Of a stretch of 60,352 bases of DNA, positions 1 through 9,209 are shown one piece after another. Origin of the DNA: Patescibacteria group bacterium (lineage in GTDB: Bacteria > Patescibacteriota > Patescibacteriia > Patescibacteriales > JAQTRU01). The translations under genes were made by a program, and so were the position numbers. Within the stretch, counting starts at the first letter, position 1; each line of letters starts with the position of its first letter. Where the stretch lies: the NCBI GenBank assembly GCA_028716725.1, contig JAQUPG010000009.1, positions 1 through 60,352 of the forward strand, given 5' to 3'. The notes beneath the pieces are model-generated. The model was not told the origin of the DNA. It saw only the letters and a program-made list of their open reading frames with translations, and searched no databases.

Positions 1-923
1 ATATGATCAGCAATAATGCGCATTTCTTTATCCCGATTTATATATCCGCTATTCTCAACATTCGGCAAAAAAGATTCTATTTTAGAGCCTGCTCTCGTAT
101 ATTTTTCCGTCGTATGATAACTATACTGTTTTTGCGATAATTGTTCGATCTTTCGTATTATGTTAATAAATAAATCAGTTTGATAATTGTCATCTAAACC
201 ATTCAAAACTGCCAAAGTCCGCTCCAATCCCATCCCAGTATCCACGTTTTTTTGTTTCAAATCAGTTAAACGACCATCTGGTTTATGTGGAGTAGGTACT
301 TTATTGTACATCATAAAAACATCATTCCAAATTTCTACCCATCTTTCATTTCTAACATCAAAATCTTTTGGGGCTTTCCCTGGACCGGTCCAATAAAACA
401 TTTCCGTATCCGGACCACATGGACCAAACTTTAGCCCCCACCAGTTGTCTTTTGTACCTAATTCTGCAATACGAGACTGTGGTACCCCCAATGCCATCCA
501 TATTTTTTTTGATTCTTCATCTTTTGGAATTTGATCTTTGCCACGAAAAACCGAAACGGCGATTTTATTTTTATCAAGCCCTAGGCAGTCCGGCGAAGTT
601 AAAAACTCCCAGCTTAATTTTATGGCTTCTTCCTTAAAATAATCGCCCAAAGACCAGTTGCCAAGCATTTCAAAAAAAGTATGGTGGGTAGCGTCACCCA
701 CGTCGTCAATATCGTCCGTCCGCACGCATTTTTGCGCATCAACCAAGCGCTGGCCTTCCGGATGCTTTTCTCCCATTAAATAAGGGACTAATGGATGCAT
801 GCCCGCGGTCGTAAAAAGAGCGGTCGGGTCGTTTTCCGGAATTAAAGAAGCGCTCGGGATAATCGCGTGCCCCCGGGCTTTGAAAAACTCCAAATATTTC
901 TGTCGTAGTTCTCTGGAAGTCAT
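1..923 (-). CDS. alaS: Alanyl-tRNA synthetase, N-terminal part (3' end runs off the window)
   Basis: Absent from the ORF track because it is truncated. The reverse-complement translation from the ATG at 923 reads MTSRELRQKYLEFFKARGHAIIPSASLIPENDPTALFTTAGMHPLVPYLMGEKHPEG...HHTFFEMLGNWSLGDYFK, the typical AlaRS catalytic-core N-terminus. Confidence 0.9.
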   Translation of the reverse strand, partial: MTSRELRQKYLEFFKARGHAIIPSASLIPENDPTALFTTAGMHPLVPYLMGEKHPEGQRLVDAQKCVRTDDIDDVGDATHHTFFEMLGNWSLGDYFKEEAIKLSWEFLTSPDCLGLDKNKIAVSVFRGKDQIPKDEESKKIWMALGVPQSRIAELGTKDNWWGLKFGPCGPDTEMFYWTGPGKAPKDFDVRNERWVEIWNDVFMMYNKVPTPHKPDGRLTDLKQKNVDTGMGLERTLAVLNGLDDNYQTDLFINIIRKIEQLSQKQYSYHTTEKYTRAGSKIESFLPNVENSGYINRDKEMRIIADH

Positions 924-1014
924 AAATTAATAATTAAATAAGCCAAAATGAATTTGCGAATTTTCTATTCATCCTGCCTCGCCGAAGTCCCGACGTCTCG
1001 GGATGAAGGCGGGT
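924..1014. repeat. Insertion carrying a GC-rich hairpin (GTCCCGA-N4-TCGGGAyGAAGGCGG family), flanked by 20-bp direct repeats
   Basis: The hairpin is tcccgacgtctcggga followed by tgaaggcgggt. The direct repeats at 904-923 and 1015-1034 match at 16 of 20 positions. Confidence 0.7.
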
Positions 1015-1092
1015 CGCAGCTCTTTAGAAGTCATGGTTTTAGTTTAAAATAAAAAAAAGTTTTAAGCAACTAGAGTCCCAGCGAAGCGTCCT

Positions 1093-1353
1093 TTAAAAAT
1101 TTTCTTTTATTATCCTCATCAACTCTTCTTTGTTTTGCAGCCCCTCTAATCTAAGAATCTCATTTCCGTCTTTATCTAAAAAAATAAAAATCGGGACATC
1201 TTTAAGGCCGTATTTTTCTTTCATTTCCGGATTTTCATCAATGTCAAAATATTCGGTTTCCAATTCCCGAATTTCCGCTTCAATTTCCTCCCAGACCGGC
1301 CGCATAACCAGACACTGCATGCACCACACGGCCCCAAATTTTAATACTTTCAT
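1093..1353 (-). CDS. Thioredoxin-fold protein with a WCMQC redox motif
   Basis: 86 aa. It has a CxxC motif at KFGAVWCMQC and thioredoxin-like length and layout. Confidence 0.75.
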   Translation of the reverse strand: MKVLKFGAVWCMQCLVMRPVWEEIEAEIRELETEYFDIDENPEMKEKYGLKDVPIFIFLDKDGNEILRLEGLQNKEELMRIIKENF

Positions 1354-1500
1354 ATGTTCAACAAGTTCGTTTATTTTTAAATCTTTTAGTAAATCTTTAA
1401 TTCAAATGCTTTAATAATTTTAAAAATTTACGGCAATCATTCAAATGCTGCAAACACTAATTTGAAGCATTTGAATTATATCTACAGTATTCGAATTATA

Positions 1501-2625
1501 TTACTTAAATTCGTCCAAAACCACGACCTTCACAAAAATATCATTCCCTCTCTGAATTTTTAAGCCGATTTTATCTCCCGGCTTATATTTTTGCAGGATT
1601 GAAAGCAGAGTATTGTTGCCGTCAACTTTTATAGCGTTAACTTCAAAAATTATATCTCCGGCTGCGAGTTCGGCCTTGGCCGCCGGTGAATCAGGCAAAA
1701 CCGCCGGACTGCCGTCTTCGCCCTTCATTAGTAAAGCGCCGGAATCCCTGGGTAATTTTTCCGCTTCCTTTATTTCCGGGGTTATCATCTGATAAAGAAC
1801 GCCCAGCCGCGGCCGGACAATCCGGCCGATTTCCCGGACGCTCTTTATTACCGGCTTGGCATCATTTACCGGAATGGCAAAACCGATGGAAGAGCCGCTT
1901 AAATCAATAGCAACATTAATGCCAATGACTTTTCCGTTTAAATCAACCAAGGGCCCGCCGGAATTGCCTAGGTTAATTTCCGCATCAGTCTGAATGACGT
2001 TATCCAAAGCTTCGGCATTGCCGGCCTGGTCGCTTGCAACCAAACTCCTGCCCAAAGCAGAGACAATACCTTTAGTAACGCTGTTTTGATAAAGGCCTAG
2101 AGCGTTGCCAATGGCAATAACTGAGGCTCCAACCTGCAGGCTGTCGCTGTCGCCCAATTCTATGTAAGGCAAATCTTTGTCAAAAATTTTTAAAACCGCC
2201 AAATCCTTTAGCGGGTCCTTGCCGATCAGCTGGGCATAATATTTTTTCCCATTAGAAAGAATAATCCTAAATTCGGCTTCATCGCCGCCGGCGTTGACTA
2301 CGTGCTTATTGGTTAAAATCAAACCGTCGGAAGAAATTAAAAAACCCGTGCCAGAACCAAGCTCGGCTTTTTGCTTAGTAATATTTTTCTCGCCCGTGGA
2401 GAGGTTAATTGAAACTGATTGTTTTTCTCCGGAGACGATAATGCTCACCACTGCCGGCATGACTTTTTTTATAGCCAGAATTGTCGCTTCCTGGTCGTCC
2501 AAACGCAAATTATCCGCCCCGGCTAAATTAAAACTGGGCAGGGAAAAGGAAAGGTTAATTCCGATCCCCAATAATAGGAGTAAAAAGAAACATATTATCA
2601 GTTTCCTTGCTTTTAATGACTTCAT
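1501..2625 (-). CDS. HtrA/DegP-family serine protease with a C-terminal PDZ domain
   Basis: 374 aa with an N-terminal membrane anchor. It has trypsin-like motifs TNKHVV and GNSGGPL, and a PDZ-like tail (GDIIFEVNAIKV). Confidence 0.9.
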   Translation of the reverse strand: MKSLKARKLIICFFLLLLLGIGINLSFSLPSFNLAGADNLRLDDQEATILAIKKVMPAVVSIIVSGEKQSVSINLSTGEKNITKQKAELGSGTGFLISSDGLILTNKHVVNAGGDEAEFRIILSNGKKYYAQLIGKDPLKDLAVLKIFDKDLPYIELGDSDSLQVGASVIAIGNALGLYQNSVTKGIVSALGRSLVASDQAGNAEALDNVIQTDAEINLGNSGGPLVDLNGKVIGINVAIDLSGSSIGFAIPVNDAKPVIKSVREIGRIVRPRLGVLYQMITPEIKEAEKLPRDSGALLMKGEDGSPAVLPDSPAAKAELAAGDIIFEVNAIKVDGNNTLLSILQKYKPGDKIGLKIQRGNDIFVKVVVLDEFK

Positions 2626-2721
2626 AATATTTAGCTATAATACCCACTATAAGCGGGATTTTAATTAAAAATTTAAAATTTAAAATTTAAAATTTCTGCT
2701 ACTATATTATAGCATTATAAG

Positions 2722-2763
2722 AAAAAAATCAAAAAAAATCCGCCCGTTGTATCAAGGCGGATT
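2722..2763 (-). terminator. Intrinsic terminator
   Basis: 8-bp stem aatccgcc/ggcggatt, followed on the minus strand by a long T-run. Confidence 0.7.
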
Positions 2764-2780
2764 AAGGGGTTGTTGGGCGT

Positions 2781-3090
2781 TCACCAAAACAGACTGAGTT
2801 GCGCTGCTCTCTGGTCGGGAGGAATAGGCTTCGGCGGCCATCTTTTGCTAACAATGGTAGCCGCCCTTATGTTTAAAGCTTTCATCCTGAATGCTTCTTT
2901 CGCGCCTTTTACCGGCCTGCTTTTTCTGCCATTCCCCTTGCAAAAACCGTGCTCAATGACTTTCCAATACCCTTCTTTGTCCGGATCTCTTAAAGAGTTA
3001 TCGTCGGTTAAAAACCATCTCAACCTTACGGGTTCGGCACAATGAGGACAATACCCGTGATGAATTCTAATAGTATCAACTTCTCCCATG
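2781..3090 (-). CDS. Hypothetical small Cys/His-containing protein (GC-rich orphan)
   Basis: The start is placed at MGEVD because GGGGGTG lies about 7 nt upstream. A consensus promoter is at 3161-3189 and a hairpin terminator at 2722-2763. The protein contains HHGYCPHC. I recognise no family. Confidence 0.5.
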
Positions 3091-3160
3091 GCTACACCCC
3101 CATGTAGCAAAGAGTTTATTTTTAAAAAGCATTATTATCTAGAAACTACCAGATACTAAT

Positions 3161-3189
3161 ATTATATCATATTCTAAAAATTTTGTCAA
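3161..3189 (-). promoter_or_regulatory. Consensus sigma-70 promoter, TTGACA-N17-TATAAT
   Basis: The minus strand reads TTGACAaaatttttagaatatgaTATAAT, upstream of the 2781-3090 orphan. Confidence 0.7.
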
Positions 3190-3269
3190 ATAAAATTCAA
3201 AAATATTACTAACATTAAACAAAAAACTTTAAATCTAACACCTAAAAGCTAAAACCTACTAGCTAACAC

Positions 3270-4361
3270 CTATATCCCCAATTCTTCCAGCGCCTTCCTC
3301 TGCTTTCGCGAAAGATTAGTCGGAGTTTTAATAATAACTTTAATTAAATGGTCGCCCCTGCCCCGGCCGTTAAGCTTTATTACGCCCCGATCGCGCAGCT
3401 TAAAGACCGTGCCCGATTGCGTGCCTTCGGGAATTTTTAATTTTATTGGCCCGTCAACCGTTTCCACTTCAATTTTATCGCTCAGAGCAGCTTGAGAAAA
3501 TTTTATCTCGCTTGTAGATTTAATATCATACCCGTCGCGCTCAAAGCGTTTATCCGGCTTAACTCTTATTTTTAAATATAAATCGCCGGCTGAAGCGCCG
3601 CGAGCTCCGGCTTCGCCCTCACCCGAAAGGCGGATGGATTCGCCTTCGTCAATCCCGGCCGGGATCCTAACTTTTAAGTTTGTCAATTCGCGGACTATGC
3701 CGTTGCCTCCGCACTTTTTACATTTTTCGCTGAAGGTTTTGCCTTCGCCATTGCAGTCCGGGCAGGGAACCTGGGTCTGCACCTGGCCGAAAATCGTTCT
3801 CTGGATTCTCGTCTGCCTGCCTGACCCCTTGCAGGCTTTGCAAGTTTCAATTTTCGCGCCCGGCTCGGCTCCGTTGCCGCCGCATTTGTCGCATTTAACG
3901 GTTTTCTGCAAGCTGATTTCTTTTTCCGCGCCGAAAACCGCTTCGGAAAAATCAATGGTTAAAATTACTTCAATGTCATTCCCCCTTCTCGCCCTTCCCT
4001 TTCTCTGACCGCCACTACCAAATCCGAAAATATCGCCTAAGCCCCCGAAGACGTCGCCTAAATCTTCAAAGTTAACGTTGAAGCCGTTGGCAAAACCGGA
4101 AAAATCCCGGAAGCCGTCAAATCCGGAAAAACCGCCGCCGGCCTGGCCATGGGAAAAATCAGAGCCGAACTGATCGTATTGGGCCCGTTTTTTCTGGTCG
4201 CCTAAAACCTGGTAAGCTTCGTTTATTTCCTTAAACTTGGCTTCGTCTCCGCCCGCCTTGTCCGGATGATACTGATGCGCTTTTTGCCTAAAAGCTTTTT
4301 TAATTTCATCCTGGCTGGCGTTCTTACCAACTCCTAATATATTGTAATAATCTTTTCCCAT
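3270..4361 (-). CDS. dnaJ: Chaperone DnaJ
   Basis: J domain (MGKDYYNILGV...HPD), a G/F-rich linker, and four CxxCxGxG zinc-finger repeats. The start is trimmed to the MGKDYY methionine. Confidence 0.95.
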   Translation of the reverse strand: MGKDYYNILGVGKNASQDEIKKAFRQKAHQYHPDKAGGDEAKFKEINEAYQVLGDQKKRAQYDQFGSDFSHGQAGGGFSGFDGFRDFSGFANGFNVNFEDLGDVFGGLGDIFGFGSGGQRKGRARRGNDIEVILTIDFSEAVFGAEKEISLQKTVKCDKCGGNGAEPGAKIETCKACKGSGRQTRIQRTIFGQVQTQVPCPDCNGEGKTFSEKCKKCGGNGIVRELTNLKVRIPAGIDEGESIRLSGEGEAGARGASAGDLYLKIRVKPDKRFERDGYDIKSTSEIKFSQAALSDKIEVETVDGPIKLKIPEGTQSGTVFKLRDRGVIKLNGRGRGDHLIKVIIKTPTNLSRKQRKALEELGI

Positions 4362-4425
4362 ATATAAACTAATTGTTTGAAAATGAGAGAGGCCCGGCCT
4401 TAAGGCAAGACCTCTCAAAAAGAAT

Positions 4426-5943
4426 TTAATTCAACTCTTTAAGATACTCTTTTCTCTCGATTTGCACGGGGTAATCGCCGGTAAAGCAGGCCGAACACCA
4501 CTTTTCCCGCCCATGCCCGGTCAGACTTTCTGCCGTCTCGAATAATCCGGCAATAGTCAAATAGCGCAGATCGTCCGCCTTGATTGCTTTTCTGACATTT
4601 TCAACACTGCCGCCAAATTTATTCCAGGCCAGTTCTTTTTTTGTCGACGTGTTTATGCCTAAAAAGCAAGGAAATTTAACCGGTGGAGACATTATGGCGA
4701 TAATAATCTTTAGATTCCTCTTCGCCTTCTTCACCTGGGATTTTATAAAGCCGATTACCTTCCTTGTCGTTTCCCCCCGGACAAGAGAATCGTCGCAAAT
4801 GATGGCAACTGAAGCTTGCAAAAACTTTTTAATCAAAGTGGCAAATTTCCTTAATACAAGGGTGCCTCTTGAAGCCTTCTTCGCACCCGTTCCTTCTTTA
4901 CCCTCCGGTGAAATAAAAGTTCTGCCAACTGCGTGGCGGCGCAGGATAGCTATATCAGGTAAGATGCGGATTTGGTGCGAAAAGCCCAGCGCATGAAGAT
5001 TGGAAGAGTCTGGAATGCCTTCAACAAAATCAGCTTGCAAATCCGAATTTTCTATCGCTAACCGCCGGCCCAAAGCTTGCTGAATTTCCCAGACATAGAC
5101 GGGATTTTCCCGGAAATCAGCGGTTTCTACCAAACTGGACGGATGTGAAAAATAAATAAGTTCAAAAATACATCGAGCCAGCTTTTGTCCGCGCCAGGCC
5201 TTTGGCTTAAACGACTTCACTCCGTCTTCGTTTATAACCACAATCTCTCCTGGCTTAACCGGCCGCCAAACTCTTGCCCCTTCAATCATGTCAAAAGCGC
5301 AGGTTTCAGAAGCGGCCAAATAACCGGTTCTAACCGTTCCTCCGGCTTTGAATTTATATTTTGCCAGCCATAATGGCCAGAACCCCTGCGGGTCGCGAAC
5401 GCAAATCAGACTGTTTTTCCCATTCTTGTCTTGAAATAAAAAAACCAGGGAAAAAGCGCCTTTTACGTTCTTCAATGCCTGAAAAATTCGGCGGTGAATT
5501 TCTCGCCCGCCATTCACGGCGCCAAAGTTGTGGATTATACACCAAGTATCGCTTGTACCCGGACGAATTCCTTTTAATTCGTTGGTTAAATTCCCGTTAT
5601 GGCCGACAAAAACGGCTTCCGCATTCTCGCCATCGTCCATAATCCCGGAAAGGGGCTGAATATTAGTGATTGACGTCCCGCCCGTGGTTGAATAACGGTT
5701 ATGCGTAATTCCGCAATGGCCGTTCAACCGTTCAATTACGTCAGGCGTAAAAACATCATACACCAAGCCAAGACCTTTATGCTCAAAAAATTTGCCTTTC
5801 TCCCCATGGCGGGCCGTAACTGCGCCGGCGCCCTCATGCCCGCGGTGCTGCTGCCCAGCCGTCATTTTTACTACTACATCGGTCGGATCAATTTCCGTAT
5901 TTTCCACTTCCTTCGGAAACCATACTCCAGCTATACCACACAT
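4426..5943 (-). CDS. purF: Glutamine amidophosphoribosyltransferase-like (PurF family)
   Basis: MCGI Ntn-amidotransferase N-terminus, a PRPP-binding loop (IICDDSLVRGETT), and a C-terminal CSACFTGDYP motif. Confidence 0.8.
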   Translation of the reverse strand: MCGIAGVWFPKEVENTEIDPTDVVVKMTAGQQHRGHEGAGAVTARHGEKGKFFEHKGLGLVYDVFTPDVIERLNGHCGITHNRYSTTGGTSITNIQPLSGIMDDGENAEAVFVGHNGNLTNELKGIRPGTSDTWCIIHNFGAVNGGREIHRRIFQALKNVKGAFSLVFLFQDKNGKNSLICVRDPQGFWPLWLAKYKFKAGGTVRTGYLAASETCAFDMIEGARVWRPVKPGEIVVINEDGVKSFKPKAWRGQKLARCIFELIYFSHPSSLVETADFRENPVYVWEIQQALGRRLAIENSDLQADFVEGIPDSSNLHALGFSHQIRILPDIAILRRHAVGRTFISPEGKEGTGAKKASRGTLVLRKFATLIKKFLQASVAIICDDSLVRGETTRKVIGFIKSQVKKAKRNLKIIIAIMSPPVKFPCFLGINTSTKKELAWNKFGGSVENVRKAIKADDLRYLTIAGLFETAESLTGHGREKWCSACFTGDYPVQIERKEYLKELN

Positions 5944-5974
5944 AAGTTCTCTCCTTTGTTGGAAATGAACAGAT

Positions 5975-6010
5975 TTATATCAATTATCAATTACGAATTA
6001 TCAATTATCA
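5975..6010. repeat. AT-rich word repeat (caattatcaattacgaatta...), left arm flanking the four-helix-bundle gene
   Basis: It is an imperfect inverted partner of 6366-6408. Its 23-nt stretch 5978-6000 recurs exactly (as the reverse complement) inside pilD at 54530-54552. Confidence 0.75.
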
Positions 6011-6363
6011 ATTTTATTCTTAACAGTGGACTGGATTTTACCAATTATTTTACAAAGCTCCTCACAGTCATTTAATATGGAATCAGCAAATTTTTCTTCC
6101 AGAAACTTTCCGTCTTTCAGTAAACTTATCCAATATTTTGTCTCCCGCGCTTCTTTATATGCCACAGTTATTTTAGAAAAAAAATCCTTCCGGCTTTGCC
6201 CGCCTATCGCCTCTTCAATATTTGCGCCAATAGACGTCCCGCTCCTTAATACCTGCTTAGACAAAATAAATTCTTTTTTATCAGAAATAAGATATTTATA
6301 CAATTTTATAATTCTCAAAGCGAAACTATAACTTTTAGTTTTTACGATATTTTCCCCCTTCAT
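6001..6363 (-). CDS. Four-helix-bundle protein (23S rRNA intervening-sequence protein family)
   Basis: 120 aa. It matches the characteristic pattern SFALRIIKLYKYL...LSKQVLRSGTSIGANIEEA...SRKDF..K...A.KEARET.YW. Confidence 0.8.
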   Translation of the reverse strand: MKGENIVKTKSYSFALRIIKLYKYLISDKKEFILSKQVLRSGTSIGANIEEAIGGQSRKDFFSKITVAYKEARETKYWISLLKDGKFLEEKFADSILNDCEELCKIIGKIQSTVKNKIDN

Positions 6364-6365
6364 TT

Positions 6366-6408
6366 AATTCAAAATTCGTAATTGCTAATTGTTAATTCGT
6401 AATTGATT
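6366..6408. repeat. AT-rich word repeat, right arm flanking the four-helix-bundle gene
   Basis: aattcaaaattcgtaattgctaattgttaattcgtaattgatt is an imperfect reverse complement of the left arm. Confidence 0.7.
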
Positions 6409-6709
6409 AGCCTTTAAATCCTATCTCTTTCTCGGGGCCGGCCGCTTTTTCCACTTCTCCGAATTTCTCTTCGTATTTCTTCAGATCATCCGCCATGGCC
6501 GCAATCATCCTTTTAAAATGCCCCGGGCTGGTTATAATCTTTCCCGTTACCCGGCCGGAAGCGCCCATAATATTAAAAAACACCAGCTGAAATTCATCTT
6601 TATTATGAATAATCTGCATAGCGTTGGCGTATTCGGCTCCCGGAATATTATCCGCCACTTTTATTTCCTGCGCGCCCGCGGGCGGATTATTCGGTTTTTG
6701 ATTTTCCAT
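6407..6709 (-). CDS. DUF3467-like protein
   Basis: 100 aa. AEYANAMQIIHNKDEFQLVFF...ITSPGHFKRMIAAMADDLKKYEEKFG resembles the DUF3467 core as I recall it. Confidence 0.6.
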   Translation of the reverse strand: MENQKPNNPPAGAQEIKVADNIPGAEYANAMQIIHNKDEFQLVFFNIMGASGRVTGKIITSPGHFKRMIAAMADDLKKYEEKFGEVEKAAGPEKEIGFKG

Positions 6710-6749
6710 ATTTTTAAATTATAAATAAAATATATAAACTAAATATTTA

Positions 6750-6778
6750 GCAATAAAGGGGCATAAGAATCATGCCCC
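6750..6778 (-). terminator. Intrinsic terminator
   Basis: Stem ggggcat/atgcccc followed by tttatt on the minus strand. Confidence 0.6.
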
Positions 6779-6798
6779 GAATTTTTCTCAACCGAAGG

Positions 6799-6954
6799 TT
6801 AAAACAGTTTCTGGCCGGTGGAAAAAGTAATAAGCCAAGAAATAATCTCCCTGAAAATAACGTTTTGGGATAAAACAAGAATGACTATAACCCAAAACGC
6901 AATAATGCCTGCTCCTATACCCAAGATAGGCCAGTTCCACTCTTGAATTTTCAT
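6799..6954 (-). CDS. Small (51 aa) membrane protein, not in the ORF track
   Basis: The reverse complement reads GAAGGGGGGGGAGCT-ATG MKIQEWNWPILGIGAGIIAFWVIVILVLSQNVIFREIISWLITFSTGQKLF*. It has a strong purine-rich ribosome-binding site and is followed by a hairpin terminator at 6750-6778. Confidence 0.4.
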   Translation of the reverse strand: MKIQEWNWPILGIGAGIIAFWVIVILVLSQNVIFREIISWLITFSTGQKLF

Positions 6955-7058
6955 AGCTCCCCCCCCCTTCTACGAGTAGATATGTCTTGTTCAAAATGTG
7001 CTTAACCAGTTGCCCCTTTAAAAAACCCAAGAGGCAACCTATAAACACATTTTAGAAA

Positions 7059-7129
7059 CCTCACCCCATCGTCCCGAGGCTTCGGGACTCTTTCCCCTCT
7101 CCTAATTAGGAGAGGGGTTAGGGGTGAGG
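7059..7129. repeat. Nested-palindrome element, copy A (3' of dnaK)
   Basis: cctcacccc...gtcccgaggcttcgggac...cccctctcctaattaggagagggg...ggggtgagg. The 24-nt core is a perfect palindrome. Confidence 0.8.
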
Positions 7130-7140
7130 TATGGATTGTA

Positions 7141-9048
7141 TTATTTTTTATCTTTCTCGTTAACCACTTCCCCTTCCACAGGTTCATCACCCTTCTTTTC
7201 TTCTTTGCCCGCCTCCGCGCCGCCAGCTTGGGCGCCTGGCGCGCCTTGGGTAGATTGATACATAGAAGCGCCGATCTTTTGCGCCACCTGATTCATCTCT
7301 TCCATTTTCTTTTTCATCTCGTCGTAATTATCCGAATCTTTCACTTTCTTTAAAGCTTCCAGTTTTTCTTCAAGCTCTTTTTTATCTTCCGGCTTTATTT
7401 TATCCCCGGACTCTTTAAGCATTCTTTCTGTAGAAAAGACAACCGCGTCCGCCTGATTTTTTATGTCAATCTGCTCTTTTTTCTTTTTATCTTCCTCGGC
7501 GTGCATTTCCGCTTCCTTTTTCATCTTTTCCACTTCTTCTTTGGAAAGCCCGGAAGAGGCCGTAATCGTAATATGCTGCTGCTTGCCGCTGGCTTTGTCC
7601 GTGGCTTTAACGTTCAAGATGCCGTTGGCGTCTATGTCAAAGCTTACTTCCACCTGCGGTACGCCCCGGGGCGCGGGTGGAAGGCCGTCTAAAATAAACC
7701 GGCCCAAGGTTTTATTATCCTGCGCCATCGGCCGTTCCCCCTGCAGGACATGGATTTCTACGCTCGTCTGGCCGTCAGCCGCGGTTGAAAAAATCTGGGA
7801 CTTTGAGGTCGGAATGGTTGTATTTTTTTCAATCAAAGGCGTCGCCACTCCGCCTAAAGTTTCAATGCCGAGCGTTAAGGGTGTTACGTCTAATAATAGC
7901 ACATCTTTTACGTCGCCTTGCAAGACTCCGGCCTGAACCGCGGCTCCGGCGGCCACGACTTCATCCGGATTTACCCCTAAATTCGGCTCTTTGCCGAAAA
8001 ATTCCTTAACTTTTTTCTGGACCATCGGCATGCGGGTCATGCCACCGACCATTATTACTTCTTCTAAATCTTTTACGCCTAGTTTGGCGTCAGCCAAAGC
8101 CGCCTTGCACGGCCCTAAAGTTTTTTCAACCAAATCGCCAACCAAGTCTTCAAGTTTTGCCCGGCTCATTTTCATAACCAAGTGCTTCGGCCCGTCCGAA
8201 CCGGTCGTAATAAACGGCTGGTTGATTTCGGTTTCATTGGTCGTGGACAATTCAATTTTAGCTTTTTCCGCCGCTTCCTTAATTCTCTGCAAGGCCAACG
8301 GGTCTTTGCCTAAGTCAATCCCCTGGTCTTTTTTAAATTCATTAATTATCCAGTCAATAATTCTCTGGTCAAAATCTTCCCCGCCTAAGTGGGTATCGCC
8401 GTTGGTAGATTTTACTTCAACCGTATCCTCGGAAACGTCCAAAACGGAAATATCAAAAGTGCCGCCGCCTAAATCATAAACCGCGATTTGCTGCCCCTTT
8501 TTCTTTTCAAAGCCGTAAGCCAAAGCGGCCGCGGTCGGCTCGTTAATAATGCGTTTTACGTCAAAGCCCGCGATTTTCCCCGCGTCTTTGGTCGCCTGCC
8601 TTTGCGAATCATTAAAATAAGCCGGCACCGTAATAATCGCTTCCGTAATTTTTTCGCCCAGCTTGGCCTCGGCATCGGCTTTTAACTTAGATAAAATCAT
8701 GGCCGAAACTTCCTGCGGCGTATATTCTTTGCCGCTCATTTCCACCTTTACGCCTTCGCCGGCCTGGATGATTTTATAAGAGGCGGTTTTTTTGTCCCTT
8801 TGCACTTCTTCATCGTTAAAATGCCGGCCGATTAAGCGCTTAACCGCGTAAACCGTGTTGCCCGGATTGGTTACGGCCTGCCGTTTGGCGGTCTGGCCGA
8901 CTAAGCGTTCCCCGTTTTTGGAGATTGCCACAATAGACGGAGTGGTCCGGTTCCCTTCCGCATTTTCTAAAATTTTCGGCTTTTCGCCTTCCATAATGGC
9001 CATGGCACTGTTGGTTGTGCCCAAATCAATACCTAATATTTTTCCCAT
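7141..9048 (-). CDS. dnaK: Chaperone DnaK (Hsp70)
   Basis: [17 protein letters not shown] and the full Hsp70 architecture are present. The start is trimmed to [10 protein letters not shown]. Confidence 0.97.
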   Translation of the reverse strand: MGKILGIDLGTTNSAMAIMEGEKPKILENAEGNRTTPSIVAISKNGERLVGQTAKRQAVTNPGNTVYAVKRLIGRHFNDEEVQRDKKTASYKIIQAGEGVKVEMSGKEYTPQEVSAMILSKLKADAEAKLGEKITEAIITVPAYFNDSQRQATKDAGKIAGFDVKRIINEPTAAALAYGFEKKKGQQIAVYDLGGGTFDISVLDVSEDTVEVKSTNGDTHLGGEDFDQRIIDWIINEFKKDQGIDLGKDPLALQRIKEAAEKAKIELSTTNETEINQPFITTGSDGPKHLVMKMSRAKLEDLVGDLVEKTLGPCKAALADAKLGVKDLEEVIMVGGMTRMPMVQKKVKEFFGKEPNLGVNPDEVVAAGAAVQAGVLQGDVKDVLLLDVTPLTLGIETLGGVATPLIEKNTTIPTSKSQIFSTAADGQTSVEIHVLQGERPMAQDNKTLGRFILDGLPPAPRGVPQVEVSFDIDANGILNVKATDKASGKQQHITITASSGLSKEEVEKMKKEAEMHAEEDKKKKEQIDIKNQADAVVFSTERMLKESGDKIKPEDKKELEEKLEALKKVKDSDNYDEMKKKMEEMNQVAQKIGASMYQSTQGAPGAQAGGAEAGKEEKKGDEPVEGEVVNEKDKK

Positions 9049-9067
9049 AAATTTTATTCTTATTGCC

Positions 9068-9182
9068 ATCTCTCCGTCATTCCCGCGAAAGCGGGAATCC
9101 AGAATTAATTTCGCTAAACCCTGGATTCCGGCTCGGAGGCCCGCTTCGCCATAGCTTTAGCGAGGCGAGCCGGAATGACAAA
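9068..9182. repeat. Composite GC-rich palindromic repeat (left flank of the HNH gene)
   Basis: It contains gtcattcccgcgaaagcgggaatccag (9076-9102), ctggattccggc, catagctttagcga and ggaatgaca modules. Confidence 0.75.
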
Positions 9183-9209
9183 AAAGAATGACGAATTAAT
9201 TATTTTAAT

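Noticed and set aside
187-637. Two plus-strand ORFs of 69 and 89 aa.
   Set aside because: They lie antisense to a clearly recognisable alaS coding sequence and have no ribosome-binding site or family resemblance.
7002-7190. A 62-aa ORF. The same applies to the ORFs at 6788-7048, 8855-9154 and 9976-10158.
   Set aside because: They are translations of the palindromic repeat elements (for example ..PLLIRRGER.., ..SFPRKRESR..) or overlap dnaK. They are repeat-derived artefacts.
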